Shown here: positions 26,501 through 38,835 of the stretch, piece after piece
Layout: every line of letters begins with the position of its first letter
How positions within the stretch are numbered: the stretch's first letter is position 1
Source: Octopus vulgaris
Lineage: Eukaryota
Length of the DNA: 64,000 nt
Reading direction: 5' to 3'
Assembly: GCA_951406725.2 (NCBI GenBank)
Contig: OX597818.1
Coordinates: forward strand, 3,410,001-3,474,000
Notes under the pieces: model-generated
Told to the model about the DNA's origin: nothing
The model's database searches: none
Seen by the model: the letters and a program-made list of their open reading frames with translations, nothing else
Program-made: the position numbers and the translations under genes

Positions 26501-29500
26501 CGACAGAGGTCTGATGCCACTCGAGTCAATATGATGACCTAAAGAGTCTAGAGAAGATTGTCCGAAAACACACTTGTCGGGATTAATGCGTACACTATAG
26601 GCGCGAAGACGCTGAAAGAACTGAGACAAGTGCCGGTGATTTTCACGGGTGTCGCTCGCAATGAGTATTTCATCAACATAAGCAAACACAAATCAAGACC
26701 GCGGACAACTTCATCAATAAACCGCTCGAACATGCTGGTAGCGTTCCGCAAAACAAAACTCATATAGAGAAACTCAAAACACCCAAAAGGAGTGGTAATA
26801 GCAGTCTTCGGAACATCGGCTGGGTTGACCGGTATCTGGTGATAAGCACGAATGAGGTCAACCTTTGAAAAATTGATACAGCCATAAAAGATTCGCTGAA
26901 AAGTCCTGAAGATAAGATTCCATATTGGGTAGCGGTCTGCGTTGAAGCGTCTATAATCTCCTACCGGGCGAAAATCAGACTCCCCTTTTCGCGCCAACTG
27001 AAGGGGAGACGCCCATGGGATGGTGGAGGGGCGTATCAGGCCAAGCTGAAGCATGTGCTCAAACTCGGCCCTAGCCGTTTTGGGACGGTCAGGCACAAGA
27101 CGCCGTGAGCGCGAAAAAACAGGCGGCCCAGTAGTGGTGATAAAATGGAGGATCGAGTGGGCAGGCTTTGCCGGCTGAAAGGTAATGTCCACTAGCTCCG
27201 GAAAAGGAGTCAAAAGAGAATGAAAACCATTTCCAGAGGTGGCAACAAAAAATGTCGGGCTAAGAACCGCATTGGTAGAACCTCTAGTCGGCGGGGAGAG
27301 CGACGTAGTACCCTCGAGAAGCCTCCAACGCTTGACATCTAACAATAGATTAAAATTATTCAAGAAATCAGCAACAACAAAAACCCATTGAAAGTCTCGA
27401 CGAAGATGAATATCGAGGCGTAAAGAAACCTGACCAAAAGTAGCTATGGGAGACGAGTCAATAGCGTGCAAAACAATGGAAGAACGCTTAGGCTTGTCTC
27501 CAGTGAGACGAAGAGGCCAAATGCTACAACAAGAACCGGTGTCAACCATGAAGAATTTCTTTAACAAAGAATGCACGATAAGTAGGAAGGGAAAAGGAGG
27601 AAGGTGCCGTGCCCAACTCCTCCGAAACTAATTTCCCGAAAGCTTAAAACTGCACGGCTGGATGCACTTGCGTGCTTTATCAGCAAATATGGAATGGTAC
27701 CAGCACAGCCCGGAACGTGGCCTAGAGGCACGAGAAGCAGAACGACTCCGACTTCGCGAAAAACGCCTATTTTCCCGGCATAGCTCATCCATACGTCGCG
27801 TGAACGCGTCAAGTTTGTCGAAAATGGCGTCATGTGACACAGGATAGGATTTAACTGAGGCTGTCGAAGGGGCCTCAGTACAAACGCACGCGCCACACGA
27901 CGATGGCTGGCCGGAAAGTTCTAAAATTTGATCTGCCATCGTGGAAATCTGGTCCATGGTGTTGTGTTCAAGAGCCGTGGCCAAAATCGTCCGTATATTG
28001 GAGGGCAATCTGGAAAAGAAAATTGTGCGTAACAGTGGCGCATCAGTTGAGTCACCGCTCAACTCACGTAATCTGCGCAAAAACTGCGACGGGATTCTGT
28101 CCCCCAACTCCTCATCCGCCATTAATTCATTGAAACGGCTCTCCTCAGACCTGGTGTTGCGGCGTAATATTTCCGCTTTAACGAACGCATAAGTGGCGTC
28201 TGGGCTAGGATCTGTAACTAGATCCCTAGCAGAGGTGGCGAGTGGTGCGGGCATTCCACAATACAATAACTACAATTGTTGCGCGGGGGAAATGCCATGA
28301 GCCGAAAAATAAGCCTCAATTTATGCAAACCACAGAGCTGGATCCCCTGTAAACAAAGGTAACGATGGCAGGGACATGATGTGTATTCAGGTTTTTCCAA
28401 TGACTCTTAGAGAAAAACGAATAGAAAGTGGCGATGAGGAAAAAACAGCAAATTCTCCGAGATGAAACACGAGAAATAAAGAAACCAACCAGTGAACCGA
28501 CAGAAATGTTTTTTTTTAAATTTTGTGGAGCAGTGTGTGCACAAAACAAAGAAGAAAAAATATATCTTAAGAAACATTTTTTTTTCTTTTGATTTGTGTA
28601 CTATAAGCAGGAGGGAAAAATTCACCAACCTTCGTCGCGCTGAAAAAAAATATATGAGAAACAAGAAAAACACCAGAATGTTAGTGTGCGCGTGTGTACT
28701 GTGTTTTAAAGTTGTTCTGCTATTATTTTTTTTTCTTCTTAAGAAGCTGGCAAAAAAAAAAATAAATGTTTCAAGAAGACGAAATTCAAAAGATAATGTC
28801 ACTGCTAAAAATAGCAGCTGAAAAGAAAAAAACCGTATAGAAGAATGTGGTTGAAAGAAAGATGGTTCCACAACCATGATTAATGAGCACGTGGTGTCGG
28901 CGTTGATGTTTTCCTCTGTCGAAATTGTGGCGGCTGGATGTCGGTTGAAGAAATAGCGCGAGGCCGACAGACTTGTGATTTCGGCGTCAGTGCATAAGCT
29001 CCGTTTTTTTCTATTCATAATTGTGAAAACTGGCGCTAGAGAATCTGTTTCTGCTAATGTTCTTCGCGGGATCACCAATTTGTGGAATTTTTATGTGATA
29101 TTCGCACTTGTAGGGTGCGTCACATCTCTTTACATAGTTGTAGAAAGGGAAAATAGCAGGAACACGAATCTCCGAACGAATAACAATAATAATTTATTTT
29201 CGCCGAAATAAGCATTTCATCTCTAGACATCGGTAGCATGGACGCTTGGGGTAGGAAATAGCAGAGTCGGTTTAAATCACAACTGTTGAAAGCATTCTTC
29301 ACAACTCGCCAAGTCGTATTCGCCTTCACACGGAGCTTATCTGGTTTGCGTCTGTTGCCTTCACACGGAACCTGTCTGGTTTGCGTCTGTCTCTCTCGGT
29401 AGCAGAAAGCAAAAGACAGAATAGCGGTAAAAGTTAGCTGCTGCTGATTACTGCACATTCACATAAGGGACTTCCGGCAAGCCTACCGGAAGACACTATT

Positions 29501-29558
29501 CCTTGCACATGCGCAGATTAACATCCCAAAATGGCGTCTGAAACTTGGTGTCACTACA
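23583..29558 (-). mobile_element. Ty3/Gypsy provirus 3 (related to provirus 1), decayed
   Basis: LTRs 23583-24060 and 29081-29558; target duplication CTT(T); PBS TGGTGATCCCG at ~29068-29078. gag 27628-28266 (CWYHSIFADKARKCIQPC) ending at GGGAAAT. pol ORFs 26548-27576, 25817-26689, 25600-26007, 24865-25512. Confidence 0.96.
24100..24580 (+). mobile_element. Composite mini-LTR inserted between the integrase and 3' LTR of Gypsy-3
   Basis: TGTAG start, CTACA end, flanks AGAT/AGTT. 24356-24580 is an inverted, deleted copy of the 29983-31107 LTR family; 24100-24355 itself ends in CTACA. Confidence 0.65.
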
Positions 29559-29982
29559 CTTTGCTATGAAAACAGGGATCTGCAAAAGCCGTTTCCGATG
29601 GTTTGTTAAATTATTTGGAAACCAATGAGACAGTAACCATGATAGTTGTAGGTTGCCACATTCGAGAACTAGCATGGAGGCGCATAAAGAAAGCTCAAAC
29701 TTTCAAAATTCCTATCCTAAACTTTGCTGTCTCAAACTGCATGGACTATTGTTACTGCGCCACCTCTAACACACGCATTTTCATTCAACAGCGGCATTTG
29801 GTGCAACTGGAAAAATCATCGTGCCACACCCAATCTTTGGAGAGATGTGTAAAAACTAATGACAGAAGCATTATATAACTTTTTTGGTAAGAACGGTCGA
29901 AACGGTTTCATTAGGAGTCGAATCGAATCAAGAGAAAAATTTCAGGTATTCGAGACAAAAAAGCTCTTCAGATTGAAAGGTA

Positions 29983-31107
29983 TGTAGAGACGACCGTACG
30001 TAAAGGAGATGGTGACGAAATGTCTCCTTTTAAACGCCGCACGGTCACCTTACAAATATAAGCCAAAATATAATGGATAAATGAATAAAGGGTGCCAGTA
30101 AGGAATAAGGAGAAACACAACCGTATAATGTATAAGAGAAAAGACTTTATTTACAGATGTGTTCGTGAGGAGCAAAGTGTTTGTCTATGAGTGCGACGTA
30201 AGTGTGTGTCTGTGTGTTCGTTGTAAGTACAAACAATAGTGTATTCGTGACTGCGACATAAGTGTGTGTCTGTGTGTCTGTGAGTGCGTTATAAGTGTGT
30301 ACATGATAAGACAGGCCGTCAAACATACAATGTGTGTGTACAAAATGTGTATGTGTGTGAGATAATACAGAGCATAGAAATGAGCGTCTCTCAGGATACA
30401 AAATGAATGTTCGGACAAGATGTTGTTAAATACCAGTTCGGTGTAAAACACACCATAGTTAGTTCTGTAACAGAGAGGTTGGTGGCAAAGCGGAGAGCCA
30501 GTTGAACACATGTCGTGAAGCGGTTGAGGCTTCAATCCTATGCCGAGTTACTTTGGTACAGAAGATCTCGCAGGTAGAGCTGAGCTGTTAACCTTGGTGA
30601 ATATTCACAACAGCGTGAAGTTAAACCTGGAACGATATTGGTTGGTATTTACGTAGAGATGTTGGTGATGTCGATAAGCTAAGGCCACGGTGGTGGTGAC
30701 GGCGTTAAAGTGAAGTCGACGATGGTGATGGTGACGGTGGAGAAAAGTCCAGAAATGCTGCATGTTGGTGTCGTCGCTGTCTGTCACTGGAACTGGTTGA
30801 GTCGCTAGAACATGGCTGGTCTGTCGCTGGATGCTCTGTGGTCACTGGTCTAGGACCAAAGACGAAATGGTCTGTCGATCTAGCCATTTTAAAGGGCTCA
30901 AACAATGCATAAGAAAAACGTGGCCTTAACTGAAGGCTGCGATTGGTTGGTTTACACATTGGCGCGAAATAAAACTGCACCAAAACCAACCAATCAGGGC
31001 AGCGGACACAACCTGTCCTAAGCAACCGAAGGATGGCTGCTATCTGCCACGACGTTATTTGTATTATTTATGTCAGAGAGAGGGGATGTGTTTCACCAAA
31101 CGCTACA
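29983..31107 (-). mobile_element. Solo LTR (TGTAG...CTACA family, ~1.1 kb)
   Basis: Termini TGTAGAGACGACCGTACG / ACGCTACA; homologous to 4920-5429 and 49217-50185; CCAAT boxes at ~30941 and ~30990. TSD not preserved (GGTA/GAAA). Confidence 0.8.
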
Positions 31108-31782
31108 GAAAAAAATCAATTGGAATTGTTTAGCGATTTCCAAAACAACAAATCTTTGACTGTTCCATTCTTTATTTGAGAGTGAGATGCTAATTCTCAT
31201 CTACGAAAACAAATAAATTGGCTTTATTACTGGAACGAAAAAGAATGTACTACAACGATTCGTATTATTTAGTTACATGAAATTATTTCGAATAATTTGG
31301 AAATGTTAATAATTTTTATCACCAAAATGTATCAAGGATCAAAAATTAGTTTACACGTAATTTTAACTTAATGTAGACCTCATGTAACACATATATTTGG
31401 TGACCTAGTATTAAAAATAATAAAGAAAACAACGTCGTAAAGTCTATTTATTTCACATAATTTCGAAATTTCAAGTGCATTGCAGAGCATGAAGATATAA
31501 ATTTTAGAGCTTGAAATTTTAATTCTTGTTTTTAAAAAAATTCGCATAAGAAAATTGATTCGTAATAATGAATGTAAAAAATAAACTGAGGAACGTCAAA
31601 TATGTTATAAATTGATTTTTTGCGCGTTATTCAAAATTTCAAGTGAACTGTGGAACCTGAAGATGTAAATTTAAGAGCTTCAGATTTTAACACAGTTGTT
31701 TTTAAAGGATTTCGCAATAAAAGATATAGCCTTAAAAACATATTTCGAAAATCTGTGTAAAATGTGCCTCTTTTGCTCCACT

Positions 31783-34775
31783 GATGAACATTCTAAAACC
31801 TATTGGATAATGTAACTGCTCAGGCATTTACCATGCTTCTGATTCTTATCCTTGTGAAATACTTTAAGTGTATATTTTGTAATATGCCACGCAAACACAA
31901 TTTGAAATTGCCACCTTTTGAAAAGTATTCTGGACGTTTATTCTGTTAGCCTTGAACACCACTAAACCATATTTTTTAATAATATATTCAGCATGCTGAC
32001 AAGTTTCAATTTTTGTCCTTCACGAATTCAATTTATAATAAATTATTACTCTGGTATTTAACCTTCTGAGCTTCTGACTTTCTTAGAGTTATTTGTCTCA
32101 ACTTATTGAAAACCTCAGATGATAATTTGCTGCTTCTCCACAAAAAATTGGTAACTCCGACGTAAGAATATTTTTCTCTTGTTCAACTGAACATCTGGAA
32201 TTCGTCGTCTTCATCTCAAACTTATACCTAATAGGTTATGCATTCTTCTTTCAAGGACATACACGGTGTTCTTTCAAATAATTTCAATTTGAAATATTTT
32301 TTCTCCCACAATTTCGACTGTCAGCGTTTTATGCCAGTAGTACTTCAAATACACCCCGGAGCCTCGTCCAACATGGCGCCTATCTTCATCTTTCTCGTTG
32401 GTTTTTCTCGCAAATTTGCCTATCTGAGCATGCACAGTGATATGCGCGCCAAATCTCGAGACTTCTCCATTGAATTCGACTGTCTTGAATTTTCCATGTG
32501 CGGTGACTTAATGATTTTCATAACACTTCGGTGATTCCAAGCCTCATTCCAGCAGGTCGGCCAACTTCGATGAAAGACTTCTTCTTTTCTCACCAGTTCA
32601 TCTCTAGACGAACAAAACCTTTCATTTTTCAAGTAGGAGGACATATTTCTTCCTTTTCTTCTTCGAGAGATCCGGTGTTCCTAGCTGCTAGTTTTGATTT
32701 TCTTCTTATTCAAGTGTTGTACTGTTCTTCCATCATAGGTAGCAACTCCTTGCCAAATTTTACCGGCGATGTTCGTGTATGTTTTGCTCGCAACGTGGTG
32801 AATATTGCGGCGTAAGAAAGAATGTGAATGGCCAGGGAAAAAATTTTGACGAGGTTGCCAAAAGTCACAAGCCATGATTGACACAGCGAGTCAAGGCTGG
32901 ATTTGAAATTACTCCCTAGTGATTTAAATGCAAATCTCCGACGTTGGATTCACCACTTTAGTGATAGTTATGCACACCAACAGCGCTATCATCAACACCG
33001 CTAATGCCGTCACCGCTTCGGCCTTCGTACCAGACCACAGCGCTAATATCACCACTGCCACGGCTTCAACGCTAATTTCAAATTGTTCCTGCAACATCTG
33101 TACAGCAACCAATTTTGTATCCTCATACAGTAAAGTTCAGTCACTATGAGCACCACACAGATGGACGGCACTTCAAACAGCTTCTTAACCCGAAACGCGA
33201 TGTTTTATTACCAACCATGCATTTCTTAACAGCATTCATTGGAGCACTTATTCAACGAACTGAACATTGTGCATGTTTTCTTGTTTTTTGTTTCTTTCAT
33301 ATATCTCAACTTCACCATGAGCTTTTCTGTTCATTTTGTTGCATTTTTAATACTCCCATGTGCATACACTCTGTAACATGCCTTTTGATTCAGTGAAACA
33401 CCTACTCAGCTTCTCGCCTTACATGCCTAGTCTCCGATGCACAACTTTCGACGGGGGATACTGCATCAAACTCTGCAATCGGTGTTGTTTCACAGTGCTT
33501 CCAGCAGTTACAGTCGCATATTTTTTTTGTATGCTTCATTCTTCCTGTATTTAATTCATTCACCCTTCAGCCTCTGTAGGCTAGCACCTTCAGCCTTTGC
33601 AAGTGACTCGCCGCTCTTGCAGACTCACAACTCTTTTGCCTCTGCAAGCGACCCACTGCTCCTGCAGGCAAAATCTTGACACTGTTTATGTCTCAGCAGC
33701 CAACATTACACTCTCTTACACGTTTGCACGTCAAGTTTCGCTTGCTGTCTTGCGGAGACCATCTTTCCGGGCAGCAAGCTACGAAGAACTTCCTTCAGTT
33801 TCCTTTTTGTCATTTTCTTTTGTCTTGTTCTCCTTTTTCATCGCCCTTTCGGTCTAAGCGGGGTGGGGGCATTTGTAAGAGAACTATTTCATTTTGGCGG
33901 AACAATATCTATGTATGCGTGTTTAATAATAGAAGGCAAGGCTTACGATATCGGAGGAATATCGCCTCCTTCCATCATCTTCTTGTTCTTTATGTAGTTC
34001 AGGCTTCCGGCAGGCGAAGAGAAAAGACTTTAAGTACAACTGCTATTTACAACTGGTTTATTTACAGGAAAGGTGAAGTGTGCTGCTCTCAGCTACCATC
34101 TTAAGCTCCGTCAGTGTGGGCGTATTGCCTCTGGAGATAGACAGGCAGAAAGCCTCAACCAGTGGTGGTGTTCAGCCAGTGCTGCTGTGAAGGTCTGAAA
34201 CGGTTTCCCGTTTATATAGTTTCCATTGCGAGCCTCGTTGAGATCTCGTGCATGGCACATAGATGCAGGTGAGGTCGCGCTCCAGTCCCGGAGATGGAAA
34301 TGGCTGCAGCGAGATCTCATGCAATAGGGCGCTGGCTGCTTGTGCCGCTACACGTGATTTGGTTAGCACAGCTAACTGTCGTTCAACCCGCGCTTAGATA
34401 CACACCGTCACCTTGTCACCAGGAACGCGCGAAGCTTAAACAATTCTGGCCAGGCTTTCGAGGCAATAAGACTTACTATGTCCCTGACTGAACTCACTAC
34501 CACGTGTAACTATTCTAAGGGATGTACATTCTAAAACCTATTGGACTCTGTAACTGCTCAGGCATTTGCCAAGCTTCTGATTCTTATCCTTGTGAAATAC
34601 TATAAGTATATTTTGTAATATGCCGCGCATAAACCATTTGAAATTGCCACCTTTTGAAAAGATCCCTGGACATTTATTCTGTTAACCTTGAACACCATTA
34701 AACCATATTTCTTGATGATATATTCAGCATGCTGACAAGTTCCAGTTTACTTCCTTTACGACTCATTTTATAATA
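31783..34775. repeat. Pair of ~255-bp direct repeats (31783-32040 and 34521-34775) enclosing unassigned sequence
   Basis: Colinear match from GATG.ACATTCTAAAACCTATTGGA to TTTATAATA. Confidence 0.85.
33856..34401. mobile_element. LTR-like sequence preceded by a purine-rich tract; possibly nested LTR fragments
   Basis: AAGCGGGGTGGGGGCA then TGTAAG at ~33874; internal TGTAG at ~33993; TATATAAA and AATAAA on -. No TSD or partner LTR. Confidence 0.35.
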
Positions 34776-34777
34776 AA

Positions 34778-34810
34778 CTAGCATTATGACCCGTCGTTGC
34801 CGGGTCATAG
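34778..34810 (-). mobile_element. Helitron 3' terminus (hairpin + CTAG)
   Basis: Hairpin ATGACCCG...CGGGTCAT at 34786-34808 followed on - by CTAG-T (34778-34781). Confidence 0.75.
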
Positions 34811-34929
34811 TGCATGTATATATGTGTACATATTACATGTACATCTATATATATATATATACATCTACACATAAAATACAAAATACAAAGTTATATCTTG
34901 ATATCGCTAGTGATAACAATACTCAAAAT

Positions 34930-35480
34930 ATATAACAGACTGGAATTGTAGGCCTGTCTCTTGCAATTTCGATCAATTGTATCTTGTCCTCCCTCTTGTA
35001 TAGAAGTGTGGCTACAATCCAGCCTACCTCTACTTCTGGGGTGACATTTTAAATTTTTATCCGGGACGTCCTACGTCCCAGATATAAAGGTGAAGATAAA
35101 ATATTTCTACTTTGCAAGTTTTGAGTCGAGTACTTCCTTGCACGCTCCGTTGACTCGAACCTTGCTTCTATTGTGGCGAATTTACCGCCTCTGGTTAGAT
35201 ATCTTTCATAGTCGCACCAAGACACTTTTCGTTGGTGCTTTCCTCCCGGTGTTCAAATCTTTTTTCTTCTCTACATTGTATACTTTATAGACAATAGTCT
35301 TTTCTTTAATTTATTTTTTTATTTCGTTTGGTGGTCTTATCCTAGATTCACCGTCTTTGTCGGTGATCAATCCGAAATAGGTTTGTATTTCTTCCATTTT
35401 AATTTTAATGAGTTCGCACCCCCCGACGGCTGCAGCGAAATTCATTTTTGGACTTTCTTCTATCGAAGGCATTCTAACAA
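34930..35480 (-). pseudogene. L1/Tx1-like ORF1 fragment lying between two Helitron 3' ends
   Basis: Manual translation NFAAAV...YLTRGGKFATIEARFESTERARKY...YLGRRTSRIKI.NVTPEVEVGWIVA aligns with ORF 44436-45116. Confidence 0.75.
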
Positions 35481-36263
35481 AAATGCTTCCGTGTAAACGG
35501 TGAAAACATTGTCAATTTCCCCAAACAGGGACACAATTCAATTTTTCAACAATAACCAAAGCTCCTTCTCCCAAAGAGGGAGGGTTACAGTTTACAATTA
35601 TTTAACAAATGCAACACAACAACGTTTCCCTTACACGGAACCAACAAACGTGATAACAATATACCTATTGATTTAGGGAGATTTTATGGTTAATGTTGAC
35701 ATGATTACTCGGAAACGAAATAGAAAAAAAGATAGTGCAACTGGTGTAAAAAATATTGGGTGTAGGAAACGAATATGAAAACAAAAATGCTCGGAAAGCA
35801 AGATCCGAGTTTTCCCTCATAACTTTTAGGAAAATGCTTTTTTAGTGAAATTTTATATAAATACCTTTCAAACGGCATATATTACGATTATAACGAAATT
35901 TGTGGGTAAAATCTTTTCCGAAAGGGTGGAGAGAGGACTTCGTAAAATTCACAAGATCCGATTTTTTCCCTCGTAAGTTTAAGGAAAATGGATATCTTTG
36001 ACTGAAATTGTATATAAATACCTTTCAAACGACATGCATTACGGATGCCCAAAGTGCCGTAAACCCCTTATTTTTGTTCGGAAAGTGGGTGGGGGACCCC
36101 AATAAATGCGTTTTTGAAGGTGAAATGCGAAATTCCAATAGCCACTTTTCTTTACCCATATTTTAAGAGAATTTTGCAGAAATACATTTTCTGGAGTGTG
36201 GATTATATTAAATTGAAAATTTAAACAAGTTTGGAAAGAATAATAAGTGAAAATGCTGAAAAA

Positions 36264-38090
36264 CTAGCAGGCGTACCCGGCGTTGCCCGGGTGCGTTAGT
36301 TCGAAAAGGCTTAGAAACTAATAAAGCGATTAACACCCCTCCCCCCTTAAGCACCTTTCACACTTTATGGCAAGAGTAACACCTAAGTAACTCTTTAAGG
36401 GAATCGCATGTGTAATATTACGACAACAATCAAGTGAAAAAATAAAGCAACAAAAATTAAAACAGCAATAACGTAAGGACTGAAATATGGCGCCAGTACG
36501 GCAAGTCTACAAAACTTCCTTATAAACAGCATTTTTAGTTTTCCCCTGGGGGATGAAGGCATGTAAACTATTCCTACAACCCACTCTTGAACAGCCAACA
36601 TATATTTAACCGTGTGAAAAGCATGGTTCGGTTAAGTAAAGTCCAACGACAGACAGCGACTGCCCCTGAGACTTATTAATGGACATAGTGCAACTGAGTC
36701 TAATCGGAAATTGCACTCTACAGAATGTGAACGGTAAGTCAGCAGCCGAAAGCACAAGGGGAATTCGTGGTATGAAAACGTCTTGACCTTTACCACTGAC
36801 GGTCATAGTCGTTGCTTCAACGACATTGGGAAGTAATTTTGTGATAACAAGGCGTGTACCGTTGGGAAATAATTTTGTGATAACAAGGCGTGTACTGTTG
36901 CACAATGTCGGTGGATACCTACTTTAAGAACAAGTATATGTGGAGGTACACCTGAAGGCTCTAAGGAATTCAAAAATTCAGTGGGATAATCAACTACCTC
37001 ATCCTGATTGGGAATGCTGTCTACTGACTTATAGACTGTCACGTCCCCAGGCAAACGCAGTAAGAGGTTGTTGTTGATTGCACTGACCGCAACGTTTTTA
37101 GAAGCCAAAATGGCTCTTCAGCAAAGCCAATCTAGATCTCCGTAGTGGACTTCTAGGCATAGGAAGACCTGATCCTGAAGACTCTGGATAGTACTGGCTA
37201 TTGTGCAAATGTTACTTATGTCAACATCTTCATTTTCGTCTTCTGGAATTTCACCATTGCAAAGAAGGAGAATGTTCCTCGCAAAATCTTCTGACAATGA
37301 GTCCTCATGGAGGCGCGCTCTCATGTTGGATTCTAACTTTAAAGTAACAACATGGCCCCATAGAGGTGAAGACTTAAGACACGCCATTACTTCATCCGCC
37401 CTTGTGCCTTTCGGAATCACTGGCAAGGTTTGTCTAAATTCCCCAGATAGCAAGACAGTGATACCCACCATCGGTTCGTGGCTTTCCTTTATGTCTCGCA
37501 AAGTTCTATCTAATAACTCAAGGGCACCCTTGTGAGCCATTGTGCATTCACCGCAAACAATCAGGTGGCATTGTGGGAGCCCGTTGACCAACGTCTTTGA
37601 AATGTTGAAAACAGGCGTTGGTGAACTTGCGAGGTTAAGGGGAAGCTTAAACGCCAGGGAGCAGAGTAGCAGCTACACCCGAAGTTGCCACAGTTATTAC
37701 GATGTACTTTTGTAGCCTTACTTTTGCAAGAATGAGTCTAGTTACGAACGTTTTGCATGTCCCGCCAGAAGTGTTAAGGAAGAAAACGTCACCTTTACGA
37801 CCCTGGACTTGCTGAACGATAGTATCGTAGGCGTGCTTCTGGTCAGGTAGGAGGAGTGCCTCATTGATCTGTACATATGTGGATAGTCCAGTAATGTCGT
37901 AAGATGTTTCTCGAATAATCTCAGACGGAAGATCATTTGAGGTAAGCTTTGCAGTGGGGGGAAGCCCGTAAGAGGTCATTACGTCGCTGCCTAAAACTAA
38001 AGTCTTGTTTTCAGTCTCAATCAGCGCTAGGTTATATATTGTATCTCGAATAATCTCAATCAGCGCTAGGTTATATATTGTATCGGTGAA
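36264..38090 (-). mobile_element. Helitron remnant: Pif1 helicase region and 3' end
   Basis: GGTCKT (Walker A), ATSGVAATLLPG, GEFRQTLPV, QFPIRL...INKSQGQSL...CFSHG. Hairpin ACCCGG-CGTTGC-CCGGGT at 36275-36292 plus CTAG at 36264-36267. Confidence 0.9.
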
Positions 38091-38327
38091 ACCATACTCA
38101 ATTTCATTTTTACCAAATAATTTATTTCCCTTGGACGCTTAAAAATAATTACGTCTGTCGTTCAACCGCACCCAAATGATGTTCCTCCGCCGTTTACCCG
38201 AACATTTTTTCGAAATCAATTTATACTTAAAACCTCTCCAGACACATAAGCAATGTGCGTGTGAAGTTCAAGAAAAATCGGTCGAGCCGTTTTGGCGCAA
38301 AACGAGGACATACCCATGTACACACAC

Positions 38328-38329
<2 letters not shown>

Positions 38330-38376
<47 letters not shown>

Positions 38377-38377
38377 T
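38330..38377. repeat. (CAGA)n microsatellite
   Basis: Direct reading. Confidence 0.95.
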
Positions 38378-38772
38378 AGTGGTAATGAAGTCTAAACAGG
38401 AGAAAGAATGATACAACATCCTTACAAAAACCACGTTAGAGTTTGTGTGTGTGAAACAAGTAAAATTATGATATTAAAACAAAATATTTTTACATACCTC
38501 TTAAAAATCACTGTATATATTAATCTTAGATTGCAGCATATTAGGTCACTGTAATTCATTCATAGAAAATAAAAAAACCTTTTCCAATAATTCCGGTTTC
38601 TCCCCACCCCTTTTTTTCGAACAAAAATAAGGGGTTTGCCGCACATTAGGCATCCGTAATGCATGCTGTTTGAAAGGTATATATATATATAAGAATAAAT
38701 GTTTTTATATATAAAGAACGTGAAATACAGGAAGGGACGAACACGGAACACAGACAAATCATTCGAAGCCTT

Positions 38773-38835
38773 CAATCTTCAGTCAGACACCGAATCATCA
38801 TAGCAAATTTCGGCTGTTCAATTCTGATATTTGCT
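38773..38835 (-). ncRNA. Candidate non-circularly permuted hammerhead ribozyme in a Penelope-type terminal repeat
   Basis: On -: AGCAAA-TA-TCAGA ... CAG-CC-GAAA-TTTGCT ... TCTGA-CTGAAGA-TTG. All three stems can form, but the strand order is UH, GAAA, CUGANGA. Confidence 0.5.

Larger units (their letters stand above)
22112..31785 (+). mobile_element. hAT-superfamily-like (hATm-type) DNA transposon remnant hosting Gypsy-3 and a solo LTR
   Basis: Left end TTAGGGTGGAGCGAAAAA; decayed inverted match TTTTGCTCCAC at 31771-31781; inverted subterminal repeats (22222-22255 vs ~31466 and ~31634). Transposase pieces LPTYKDIL, CCKC..C.C, SDRAAA, VIDRSKVRR, YFDGR, EEPE...GHF|AM and CHTQSLERCVK. The superfamily assignment is from recall. 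Confidence 0.6.

Noticed and set aside
28407-29078. 223-aa hydrophobic ORF as an env-like or accessory gene
   Set aside because: It lies in the T-rich 5' leader upstream of gag; the Phe/Leu richness follows poly-T runs; no env motifs.
23622-29458. Duplicated ~115-aa ORFs (23622-23975 and 29120-29458) as a gene pair
   Set aside because: Both lie wholly within the two LTRs of Gypsy-3; no recognisable domain.
36606-37979. Host PIF1 helicase gene
   Set aside because: Intronless and frameshifted, ends at a Helitron hairpin-CTAG terminus, and parallels the RepHel at 50.3-54.9 kb.
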